This document shows positions 11,807 through 23,342 of a DNA stretch of 64,000 nt, piece by piece; position 1 is the stretch's first letter, and the number at the start of each line of letters is the position of its first letter. The notes below the pieces were generated by a model, which did no database searches, was not told where the DNA came from, and worked only from the letters and a program-made list of their open reading frames with translations. Source of the stretch: Oikopleura dioica. Taxonomy: Eukaryota > Animalia > Chordata. Made by a program: the position numbers and the translations under genes. The stretch spans positions 9,610,001 to 9,674,000 of the forward strand of contig OU015569.1 in assembly GCA_907165135.1 (NCBI GenBank). Reading direction: 5' to 3'.

Positions 11807-14245
11807 GATTTCCATCAATCTTTCTTCGTTTTTTTGTATATAATTTCCTGCGTGCACCAAATAAAATCGAAACAAGTTGACACTTTTCTTACTTTCTCCT
11901 CGGAAAAATTAAGAAATCATTATTTCTGCGTTATCTTGTTGAATTCAACTTTCAAACATGGGCGGGTTAACGATCGTTCATATTTCGAATGGTCACATTG
12001 AAAACGGCGAAGATTGCGAAAAGTAACCCTAGATCTCGTTTCTTAGACCCAGAATGGAATAGTGGAGGAGCTAGAACATACACAAATGCTTCGAAAAGTT
12101 AAGGGAAGGAACATGAAAGCTATCACGTAAGGAGTGTAGTTAAAAAGCTGGTCACCACTGAGGGTCATTACATTCACAGTTACACCTGGGATGATCGAGC
12201 AAGTACAGAGTAACATTCATCATGTAAACGAATATACTTGACGAAAACGAAGGTTTTTACCAGAAAGCCCTACGATTTTGCTTATTATTATTGAATAAAA
12301 TGCGAATATAATTGAACTTTTGGATTGCTCTTTCGTCCGGAAGTCGCCTCGAAGGGAATAGTGCTACTTTGAATGTGCCGGCGCGGCGAGGAAAGAAAGG
12401 GAGCAAGTCCAAGGTTAGATGAATTATAAAAAGAGGAATTACGAATTCAAAGAAGGCCACAGGAGCCTATGTAAAAATGGAAAAAAAATAATGAAAAGTA
12501 AGTAAAGAGCAAAGACAGTACTCGAGGTGGAACGGAAGGAACTAGCGATAACACTCAGTGTGAAACTGACAAAGAAAAAGTTTATTCAGAAAACAAACTG
12601 TAAATAGTCGCACTTGATAAATAAGGGATCAAAACTTCCTAAGATAATGTTCTGGTCACCGAGTGTTGAGAGAAATGTTAGCCTAACATAAAAAAAAAAC
12701 AGTGCCAGTGCGGGCACAGAGCTGACAAGGTACGAAGAATGGTCCGGTTTGCACCCGCAGTGGCCAGAAAAACCGTGAACCACTGAAAGATTCAGCGACA
12801 CCAGTTTTATAGGTGTCCGGGTCTTTTCAACTTTTGAAGAGGCCCTCGCTTTGAGAGATTTTTTAAATCTTACAATGGCCCAAAAAGAAGCTAGCTGTAT
12901 AGGAGTAATGATTAAATCATTAAGTTCGGATAGATACTTGCTTTAGGATATGAGAAAGTAAATAACATTAATGAGTAGAGAAAGGTTACCGAAGAAACTG
13001 AATATGTAAGCCTTTTTCCAAATAATTTTTTTGCAAAACACTTTCGTTTGCCTTTTTTAAGAACTTGAAATGATATCTTTTAAAGTTTGAGATGAATAGA
13101 AAAATTATACTAAGGCAAATGAATGTCTGAATAGGGAAGTGTGGGTGTGATCCAACCGATCATGAAAAGCAAAATTGTTTGATGGCTTCAATTGGGAGTC
13201 TATTGAACTATGAGGAAGACGACTCCGACCAAAATGATCTGGCTGGGTCAAATCCAAACGACGCGAAGTGTCAAAATTGACAGAAAATTTTAGCGATAAA
13301 AAGGCAAAATGCGCCAAATTAAGAAAATATCAAAATTTGAAGATTTGACGAGGGAGAAAATGGATCTTTGGATCGGTATGGAAAAGGACCCAATTTTGTC
13401 GGGGTTGAGAGAGGAGTTAGAGGTGACTAAATTTTAAAAAATATTAAAATGCGGGTGAACGTTCGAACAAGGACATAGGAGAACAACAGATTTCGCCATT
13501 TCTACAGTTCTCGCGGGAAAGAAGCCGCAGCGTGCGCGTTACCCAAGTGCTGCCCGGAAAATGAACAGAAAATTGAAAAAATGAATGAAGACGAAGACCA
13601 CCTCGCCCAAGAGAGCACTGAACAGGGATCAGCCTGATCGCTTTCGGCTGAAACTGTCTAGGGCGTCATTTTGGTGGGCTCCAGTGGTTGATGTTAATCA
13701 ACAGTCGCAATGACGATTTGAAAAGGTCATTGCGAAAAGTACCGATGCGCAATCGAAAGCGATTACGCTTAAGCAGTCGTAAGTTTTTAGGGAGCTTTCA
13801 CTAAGTTATGGGTGGGCGGCACTTTCGTGGGCTGGCGCAGGAACACGCTGCGGGGCGCGAATCATGTAGAAATGGCGAACGGCTCGACAGTGTCTAACAA
13901 TACCAACGACCGGGGGTTGTGCGAAGGGCCAAGCTGTTTCGAAAACTGGCGCTGATGTCTGACGGATGTTTACATCCGTACGCGGCGCCAGACGAAAAGT
14001 GGCAGAAGTTGCAGTAGTGGTTTTAACCAAGATATGATATGGTAGCATATTAAAATAAGACCCGGTCGTTTCTTTCGGAGATTTTAACCCTTACAAACAT
14101 GAAGGAGGAACGTTGGGAAAAACCTACTCATTCATAAAACAATCGATAAGTTTAAGTAAATGGCCTGAATAAAGGAAAAAAACAGGGAATAATCGAGCAA
14201 ACCAGTAGGAACGGTCCTCGAGGACTTGGAAAGTCTGTTACCGAC

Positions 14246-15801
14246 TTAATAGTAATCGACGCCGCGGCGATTTGGCTGCATGAAGTAGTCCTCGTTTGGC
14301 GGCGAGTTGGGCATGTGCCAGCAGACAGGCGATGATGCGCCGAAGGATTCGGGAATGGTAAGAGAGAGTCCCTCGCTGAAAACATCGCTAATCAACCTGG
14401 CTCCGTTTGATCGACTTACTCATTGAGGATTTTCTTGATTGGTCGAACACCGCTTGGACGCGAGCTGTAGTTGTTTCCCGTGAATCCGTTGTTGGTAGTG
14501 GACGCAGGCGCAGGCTGGGGCTGCTCGTAGCCAGTGTTGTCGCTAAATGATCGTTGGTAGATCGGTTGAGGCTGCTGGCGGCTCATTGGAGGAATAATCG
14601 AAGCCTGCTGCTGCTGCTGGGAGACAGGCTGAACTTCGCTTCTTGACACAGATTCGTATCGCGGGATCGGCATGCTTTTAATAGGCTCTGGTTGGTACTG
14701 ACTCATTTGAGGGGAGGTTTGAGGAGCTGGCATGCTTTGATTCACGCTTGGAACTGGCGGTGGAACACTCTGCAACACAGGCGACACGGGTGGTTTGATC
14801 ATCGACATGTTCGCGAAGGTTAGATCCAGCGGAACGGTTTCACTCCCGCTTGATGAGCCGCTTGAGTCTGAGTTGAAGCTTGAGGCTTTTGTGTCTTTGA
14901 TTGCCGCCAGTTGCTGCTCCTGATACTTCTGTGCCATGAGGACCTAGCAGTGATGTTTAATGAAATGGTCGTTAACTTTAAGCTTACATGAAGAATACGT
15001 GTCTGCGTGGAGTCTGGCAAGTTCTGGAAGATTTCGAAGAGTTTCTTCGCCTGTTCCTGCTCACTGAGGTGCTTGTAGCCGCTGGAAGCGGTACTTGCGT
15101 TCGCAGCATTGGGAGATTGACCATTGGCGCCCTGGTACGGCTTTCCCATCTCGGGTTTCCACTCGCCCGTTTCGAAAATGGGAGATGGTGACCTAGACGG
15201 AATCGTGGGCTCAGAGGGTGCTTGACTAGACCAGTTGGTATTGGAGACCTTTTCGGTGTCGAAAGAGTTCCTCCGGGGCATAAAAAAAGCAGCTCGAACA
15301 CTAGAAAAAGAATCGAACCAATTCGTGCCGTCATCTCTTACCTGAGTGGCCGGCCTGGTTCGATTTCGATACCAGCTTTAGCTGCTTCGATGCAGTTCTG
15401 CGCGTCGCCTTCATCGGCAAAAGTAACGAAGCCATAAACTTTCTTCTGTCGTCGTCCGTCGCGATTGTTGACTTTCAATTCGACGTTGTATACCTTCCCC
15501 CATCGGGAAAAGTACTCTGTCAATCTTTCGTAGCCGAGCTAGAATTCGTCCATTGACGCCGAGTTATTCAGAAAAACTCATCTCACCTTTTCTATTCCAG
15601 CTCCTTCTATGTAGATTCTGTTGTTCACGTGAACCTTTCTGTGAAACTGGGGCGCTACCCACTCGTTTTCCTGAATAAGCATGTAAATCAACTCTCTCCC
15701 GAAGACACGAAACGAACCTTTGCGACAACTTTCGACAGCGGGTTCGGGCTAGTCGACTGGGCTCCTACTGTGGTGTTGGAAAGCGTGGCAGCAGTACTCA
15801 T
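14246..15801 (-). CDS. Single-RRM RNA-binding protein with a P/Q/S-rich tail; Boule/DAZ-like
   Basis: APQFHRKVHVNNRIYIEG..LTEYFSRWGKV..YGFVTFADEGDAQ resembles Boule (APRYGTVIPNRIFVGG..FFSQYGSV..GYGFVTFETQEDAQ). The last exon follows a 30-nt GT-AG intron and ends ..RRGVDYY* at 14246. Confidence 0.7.
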
Positions 15802-16913
15802 TGCTTTCTGAAGAAGACATTTTTATTACTGAAAATTACAGGTTGCATTCGATGAATAGTATCTGAGGACGCGATGAATATTATTTCCTTATTTACGTTC
15901 AGCAGTTTTTCTAACATACCTTTTCACAGTCGTTTATTGGCAACGTTACCATAACCGGCCGGTTGGCCCGATCGAATCTAAAATAAAAAACTTAAGAATC
16001 TTCATCCGTTGAAATTTGAAAATCAGAAGAATCTGATAAGGAGCAGCGAGTTGAACAAGCTCTATCTCTCTCTAACGCAATGGCTTGGTTCTATGGAGAA
16101 ATTTTCTGTTTAGAGGAATGTATTTTGAGGCTTTCTGGTGCGTCTCCTCTGGTGGTAGTGAAGAGAGGACAGTACGCACGATGGGATGGAGCGGGCGATT
16201 GAGCGCGTTTTGGCGAATGGGAATCGCCCAAAGCAGCCGCCCACGACGCAAAATTACGTGACGGGCGCGGTCCACCCCGACTCCACTACGACTTGTTGCT
16301 CGGCCACAGAGCTTCGGCTGTGAGACCCGATTGGCAAACTAGCGCAAAAAGTAACTGAATGTTGAATCTCAGAGCTTGAAAATATCTATTCCAAGTTGGG
16401 TAGAGTCGAGAACGAAAAGACGGGGAGACAATGGGTTCACTGTCGATTCGCTCTTTCTCTCATTGATAAAAAAATCGAATCCAGATAGTAGGGTTCAAGT
16501 TCGACCGCTTTTTCGATTCGCTGAAATCGATAGCTCGGGCTGAAGTGACCAGTGCTGAATCTTATGTAATCTGTCTTCAATTTTCACTAGTGGAAAAGTT
16601 TCGACACTCAAAAGTATTGGTCGTCTTCTTTTTCAGATTAGATCAATATGAAGTTCTGATCCTCTGGTGCAATGTGTTTGCTATAAATTTAAAGTGTCCC
16701 CGCTCAGTCGTAACTAATCTTGAATATTATCTAGGGTTCACTCAGCCATAATGGGAACTCAGATAATTACGCTCCGTACTTCCGATAATAAGTAACTGCG
16801 CCGATAGATGGCGTGGAATAATAAATCTGTATTTTATCAATTAACTGAAGCTTTAGAAAGGTAGTATCCATCAAGATGTCACAGTGGTTAAAGTTGTCAG
16901 TTGGAAAGTCTTC

Positions 16914-18413
16914 TTAGTCCAGCATTGGCTCCTCTTGGAGGATGTAATGGAGAGAAGAGGGTCCCTTCGAAGATATCTTAAAAGGTAAATGCTCAAATCA
17001 AATTGTTATCTTTCAAATAATACCGTTGTAGTTTCAAACTCTCCATTTTCGAATTGAGGGGAAAAATTTTTACAAAAACCGCTTTCAATTTCTGTGAATT
17101 TTTCGTTGAAAGTGAACTCGTATATCCATAGATTGTCGCCTGTGAAGGTAACTGGCTCCCAGCGGATCTCGCCAGTGAACTTGCGCTCTTGTTCTTCATA
17201 ATTCCAGTTCAGAAACTCTTTCCGAGCCGGTGGTCTACTTCCGTCATCGAGCTTCCACCCTTCTGGCGCTTTTTCGTAGGAAATGTAGGGTCCATCCGCC
17301 GCGAAGTGGTAGGACGCACTACCGACACCCAAATCCTGAGCATAGACTTGTCCGATCGGAGAAGTGATTGCTTTTCGCTCAACCCCGGGTATTTCCAAAT
17401 CGGCAAAGAAGAAAATGCTCTCACACAAATCGCAAAATTTAGCCCATTTTCCTACTTGCCCGTAAGGTTTGATGCAAATCTTTTTTTGGGTTAAATAAAT
17501 GCAGGAAAATAAATATTGTGATTTTAATTTTGACCCTTTCCTTGCAGAGCGTGTGCTTGCATGGAAGAGCAACGAGATCTTTTTCTGAGTAGCAGGAAAA
17601 GCAGATTCCCTTCAGCGCTTTATTCAGAATCGCCATAAGTTTTTCTCTAATAAAGAGAGAATAACAAAGCTCCCGTCTCTCACTGTCAGGATTTCTCGTA
17701 GGAACGAAATCGGAGCTCCAGAAGACTGTCCCATTCTCGCGCAACATTTCACAAGTCCCAGACTCAATTTTCAGGAAATCTTCGCTAAATTTGAAATCGT
17801 ATCTCCAAGATCCGCATCGCTCTATAAGGCGCACTTCCCCTTCCCAAAGTATAGTGCCGCTAAATCGACGGGTTTCTTGATCGTACTCGACATCAACGAA
17901 ATACTTCGTAGCTGGGGGCTCACTTCCGTCGGTCATTCGCCAGTGGGATCTTGCAAAGTCGCTCAATCAGCTATTAAATTATGCAACTCATCTCAGGAAA
18001 AAATTTTCAATAGCCTTTCCTGTCGTAAGAAATGTAGGCCGTGCGTTCGTCGACAAAATGATAAGAAGCGATGCCCAGCTCTGCACTCGGCATCTGTATA
18101 TACGCTTGGCCCCATGGTGAGGTAAACACCAAAGAGCCCTGTTCCTCGTCGAATTCAAGCTGAGTTGTTTGTACTTTTCCCTGACAGTACGGGCAGGCGA
18201 ATACGACTTTATCCCTTGCCCATCTGGTCAGACACACGATGCAGAATTTGTGGCCACACGCTAATATTGAAATTGAATAAATAAAAATAACAAAAATTGG
18301 GCAAAGATAAATTAACTATGAAGAATATTTTTACCTGTTTCTACTGTTAGTTTCGGAAGAAGCCTCCTGTAGCAGATCGGACAGTCGGGGTCTTCATCCC
18401 CTTCGCTGGCCAT
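16914..18413 (-). CDS. Protein made of two tandem [C3HC4 RING + unnamed aromatic beta-rich domain] units; putative E3 ligase
   Basis: RING1 is CPIC..CGHKFCIVC..CPYC and RING2 is CFSC..CKHTLC..C..CDLC. Each is followed by a TSPxGQxYxQ..ASYHF..YISY..W...DGSxPPAxKxF...Y....RxFxGxIxW....WxYxFxF.E.F..IESGxC unit. Confidence 0.8.
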
Positions 18414-18939
18414 TCTGAGTCGTTCTACATCTGAAAGGGTCTGTTATCCGGGGCATTGGTAGATGATTTTTATCATGTCAGTCAGGAAAAGGAAGCGTTT
18501 TAGTTAGACAGGGTGACTCGCGCGATCGGAGTTCTAAGAGCAGCATGAACAAGAAGCAATCTCCCCCGATAATAAGCGACAGTATCGACGGTATCGCTCT
18601 GGAAGTTCTACCGCTGAATATTGTCATTTACGATCAGAGGAAAAACATGGCGCAAAGAGACTAAAAAGGTTAAATGTAAAACGATCGGGTTTCGGTAATT
18701 ATTACTGAATTTCAGACTGGCTGTAAGTTGATTTTTCTCCACTGAGAAAGGATTAAGAAGTAAAAAGTAACCGTAATAAGCTGAAGCCTAAAGGTCATAC
18801 ATGTATCTGCGCTGGCGTTTTCAAAAGGAGGCTTTTTAAATATATAGACGAGAATAAAACGATTTGGGAACTTTGATGCATGGATTGTTGGGCGGAGTCA
18901 GGTGCAGTTTTTTGTCCATTTTTGGTTTACAACTCATTC

Positions 18940-21900
18940 TTAGTCGGAGTTTGTTTTTGAAAGGGGTCCATTTCGGAATTGATTCACTGCGTATTCTTTC
19001 GGGCTCGAGACGACCTGTAGATATTCGAGGTTGTTCAAATTGCAATTCTTCTCGAGGCGGAATATATCCATTTCTGTGCCGTCACTTAGGCGAATTTTGA
19101 AAGTGTCGAAATTCAAAAGGCCTTCTTCCTCGTAATGCTTTTTCGGTACTTGATCTTCTTTCTTGACTTTCACTTTTTTGGCTGCCCTTTCTTTCTTTTC
19201 CTTCTCTTTCGTCGCTTCTTTCTCTTTAGCCCCTTCTCTGCCCCTTTTCGAATCTCTGCCAAAAACTTTCTTGCTCTTCCTTGGAAACTTATCCTTCCTC
19301 GCGTCAAATTCTTTATTTGCATCTTTACCATTCTTCGGTACCCAGCTTGGATCATTATCCGTCGTCGAGTCGGTTTCAGATGCGGGAGGAAATACTTCTT
19401 TTTTCGCGTGATTCCACTTATAGACAATGTAGACCTACAAACCAACAAATAAGATCTCAGAAAAATACTTTTTATCTTACGCTAGATAGGTGATCTGGAT
19501 TAGCGGTCATTGTGGCGGGATTAAAGAGAACTTGTTTGTCTTTGTGCATAATTTCTACCGTCCTCTTGAAGCGATCATGATGCGGCCCACCGCTGTAATG
19601 AAACAAAACACGCGCGGACTTCGAATCTGGAATCTTCATGAAGAGCACGGCCATCGGATCAAGTAGTATTTCACCGACCTAGATATAAGGTAATTCCAAG
19701 AAAGCGAGAAATAGTAGAATTACCTCCCGCGAAGAACCAGTGTAAAGTTTTTCGCTTAGCTCGAATCTGTTCTCGATGCTCAACGAAACATACACGCTTC
19801 TCCTGCCGTGATTTTTTAACCAGACGGAGTAGTTGAGCTCTATGCCGTCCCTCAGCTCTTTGAATTGATTCTCGTCGTTGGCAACACGCATGTTCAGCTC
19901 AAGATCGTAGTCGTCCTTTCTACTGATTTTCTTTAGGTACTGCGAAATTGTATTCATATTTTCTTTGTACGAGTGCGAGCAGTGTCGAGGCATGCGGCTC
20001 GGTCGAATACAGTATTCGTGTGACGGATCCTCTTTCGAACTCTTCAAGCAATACTTTCGTGCGTAGTCATCAAAATCTTTTTTCATCAGGTTGAACTTTG
20101 AACTGTAAGAGAACTTACTTAGGGATAAATAGAGAGTCACCATACTATGGTGTTCACAGTACGAGCAAAAATAAATGCCTTATTTGATCCCTCTCCTGAT
20201 CCTTGACTTTTTTACACGGATCATAGTTTTTTTCGTCGTCTTGGTTGCAGCTTGCAGGTTTGATCTTAATTCGTGAGAAGACTAGCGGGAACTCCTTGTC
20301 CTCCTTCCATTCCTCGGGGCTGGTTTTTTCTTTGGCCATTTTGAGATTGTCAGAAAGAATATCTCCTGACCATGGAAAGTAGCAATAGAAATTGGAATGG
20401 ATAAACGCTCTGCTCTCCATCGATTCAGTTTCGCTCTTTTTATCCGTAACTAAAAGCAAGCTTGCAGAAATTATAATTGATTTAAAAAGACATTATCATT
20501 CACATATCTTGAAAATGCGTACATACATCGAACGAATGAAATCACGCCCCATGTGGCCGCCTTGTTTAATGTTTGGTCGTTTGTTTCAATATCCTTTAAG
20601 TCTGGGCAATTAGGATCTTTATCTGCGGTTTTGTTGTCCATAAATACAGTGCAGTGGTTGGGGTTGATGCTGAATAAGTTTAAACACTGCGATGATTATT
20701 CTTCATTACCAGTAGCGCGCCATAGATTTTTCGTCGCATTTCGCCCATTTCTCATTGACCGTGTTCTTGACAACTTTCTCATCTTGGAGAATATCTGGGC
20801 GAAAGAACTGGACAATGGTTAGTCGAATTTCTGCAATGTGGATGTCTGCGTTTTTTCCTTTATGTGCGGGCGGAAATTTGATGTAGCAGCATTCACCGAA
20901 CATGCGCGAGCCGCGTTTGCACGAAGACAGGTTGATTTGGTAGAGAATGGACTCTTTAGCTAAAAGCTGCTTCCGGGAAATTGAAATCTGGTCCATCTTT
21001 GACTCTATCTCCGTCAGATTCTTCTCCTCTTCCTGGAGATTCATGTGACTGGCCACAGCGTCGACGAACGAATTAGCAGAAGAGTTTGGGCCACAGAGAA
21101 AGAGACTGTAAATAGTGCGGCCCCACTTGTCAAGATCCTTGTTGAAGTTCGCTCGCTTGAATTCCTTTGGATTCATTTTCTCGATTATCTTCGACAGATC
21201 ATGTTGAAATTGTTGTCGAGTGAGCTGAGGGTAGTAATGCAACGGATTGAAGCAAAAGTAGCTCTTCTTTCCCTTTTCGTCGTCATGTCCGTCGTCTTCG
21301 CAGTATCGCGAGAAAATTTGGCATGGTTTGGAGTAATCCGTCTCTTTCAAATACTGGACGAAAGGGTTGAAGAGAATGTAAATCATGTTCTGCGGGTAGA
21401 TTTTCTTTATCTAAAGTGGTGGAGTAAGTAAGTGAAATTGAAATAAATGCCACTCACTCTGTCATCTGTCGTCCAGTGCTGCACTTGGACCCTGCCATCG
21501 GCGGTGCGCGGCACTTTGATGCATCCCACTTCTCTCAACTCGCGCAGGATTTCCTCCTTATCGTCTTTCTTGGTAATATCGGTACATGCGTCGACGATAT
21601 CTTCGCAGAGCTTGAGAAACTTGCCAGATTCTCCGTCTCGGCCCGATTTCTGGTTGACGCGACGTGTATTATTTCGGAAGCTCCGTGCCAGCTCCCACAG
21701 CTGTCTGTCACAAAGCCTCTTTGAGTGGTTATAAATATCAGTTTTTGAAAATACCGTACTGCTTAAAATTTAGAACCGCGTGGCGAAAAGAAGTCGTGCT
21801 TGGGCATCTCCAGAGGGTGCATTTGCTTCGCTGCCGCGATAAATTTCGAGACAAATTCCTCCTCTCTCCGTTTTTCCTCAGTTTTGGTAATTTCAACTAA

Positions 21901-22511
21901 TTTAGCTATATTTTCCTTTTCGCTTGTGTCGATCGTGGTCTCCGTCTCGTCTTCCGGTTCTTCCTTCAATTCTTCAGTCTGCTTTCTCATTTCCTCCTCA
22001 AGTTCTGCATCTATCATCATGTTGTGGCGCACCGATTCACGGTTGAAATCGGTCAGCTGCAGCTGACTGTACTCGCTGGGACGGTAGTGGGGGAGAAAAG
22101 TCGGTTCATTCTTCACCACGTCGAAAATAGAAGAGTCTGAATGTTCAATCTTCAAGATCAAAAATGCTCAACTACCTGGGCTGTAAGAGGAGCTGTGAGT
22201 GGAACTCGTCAATGAGAGCTCTTGCATAGCCTGAACACCGATAGGCATCAGGCTGGAAGATAGAACGTCTCTTCTTTCATCTGACTCGGTTGTTGAAGTC
22301 TTCTTTAGCGGGTTGACTTTGTTATAAGATTCCGAGCCTCTAGAACCGTCTACTTCGGCGGTAACTCTTTTCGGCCGCCTATTATGGAGGATAACCCTAG
22401 AAAGCATCGTTTTCGAATACTGAGATGAGTGGTGGAAACTTACGGCTCCTGACCGCTCGCCACTACAGATCGCATGATCCCGGCTTTGTCTCTATTTTCA
22501 TCTGCGCCCAT
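18940..22511 (-). CDS. Large protein with tandem SMAD MH1-like domains, no MH2, and a K/E-rich C-terminus; 5' end uncertain
   Basis: The first MH1 reads GCIKVPRTADGRVQV..KKIYPQNMIYILF..YCEDD..FCFNPLHYY. A second degenerate copy reads CCYIKFP..QFFRPDIL..KCDEK..FSINPNHC. The coding frame ends ...SKTNSD* at 18940. Confidence 0.72.
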
Positions 22512-23342
22512 AAACTGGCGCGTTCTGTCTGCTCAGAAAAAAAGTTAACGTTTGGTAGTAAGTGTCGTAAGATCCTTTACGGAATTTTCGACGGTCTTTA
22601 TATACTGATCGATATTAACCCACGCATGAAAGCTCATGCGCTCTATAATCCCGCCCATGATGGCACATGATCCCGATTTCTAATGAGTGAGTTTGGCACG
22701 ACCCAACAATGAAAACTTCCACTAATCATGTAATGGACTCTACTCTTACTTATTAAAGGGGCCTCTTGTGAACCTATTTCAGTATTCTCTCTATGCACAT
22801 AATAGTTATTTAGAAAAATAATATTAAGTATATATAAATATGTGTTTATCAGGGGATGGAATTTCCAACCCCGCGGGCAGTTTTCTATTCCCGTCAATTT
22901 CATTCAAATAATGTCGTCAGTCAGTCGGAAAAATCGTAATACAAAATTTACCTGTAGATCAAGTGTTCTGGAGCATTTCCAGAGTGGCAATGAAATTGTT
23001 CTCTCCCTTTTTCCTTTCTTTGAACGTTTTTCCCGACAGGCCCCCGATCCACGACGACCAATGAGTCACCATTTTTCCTTTTCGAACAAAAAATCGCATT
23101 TTCGCTTCGCGTCTTCTAAAAATCTCAAAATCACTATCTTCGTCAGGAAGAGAAATGTACAGAAAGAGAGAACTAAGAAGAAATTAAACACAAGGGGAAT
23201 TACTCCGACCGTGTAACCGTCTTATATAAAATCTGGTAACCAGAAGTGCGACACTGGGGAAGGTTCTTTTCTCTCCGAGTTCTTCCCAGGGCTCGGCCCG
23301 AAGCAGATTTTATATCAATCTGATAATTTCACTTTATCAGAG

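Noticed and set aside
18836-18900. NPCIKVPKS, resembling another MH1 start
   Set aside because: It lies after the stop codon (18940) of the K/E-rich coding frame, in a different frame, with no further MH1 motifs.
19170-19448. Protamine-like K/R-rich ORF
   Set aside because: Alternative frame of the A/G-rich last exon of the multi-MH1 gene; the other frame is continuous to 18940.
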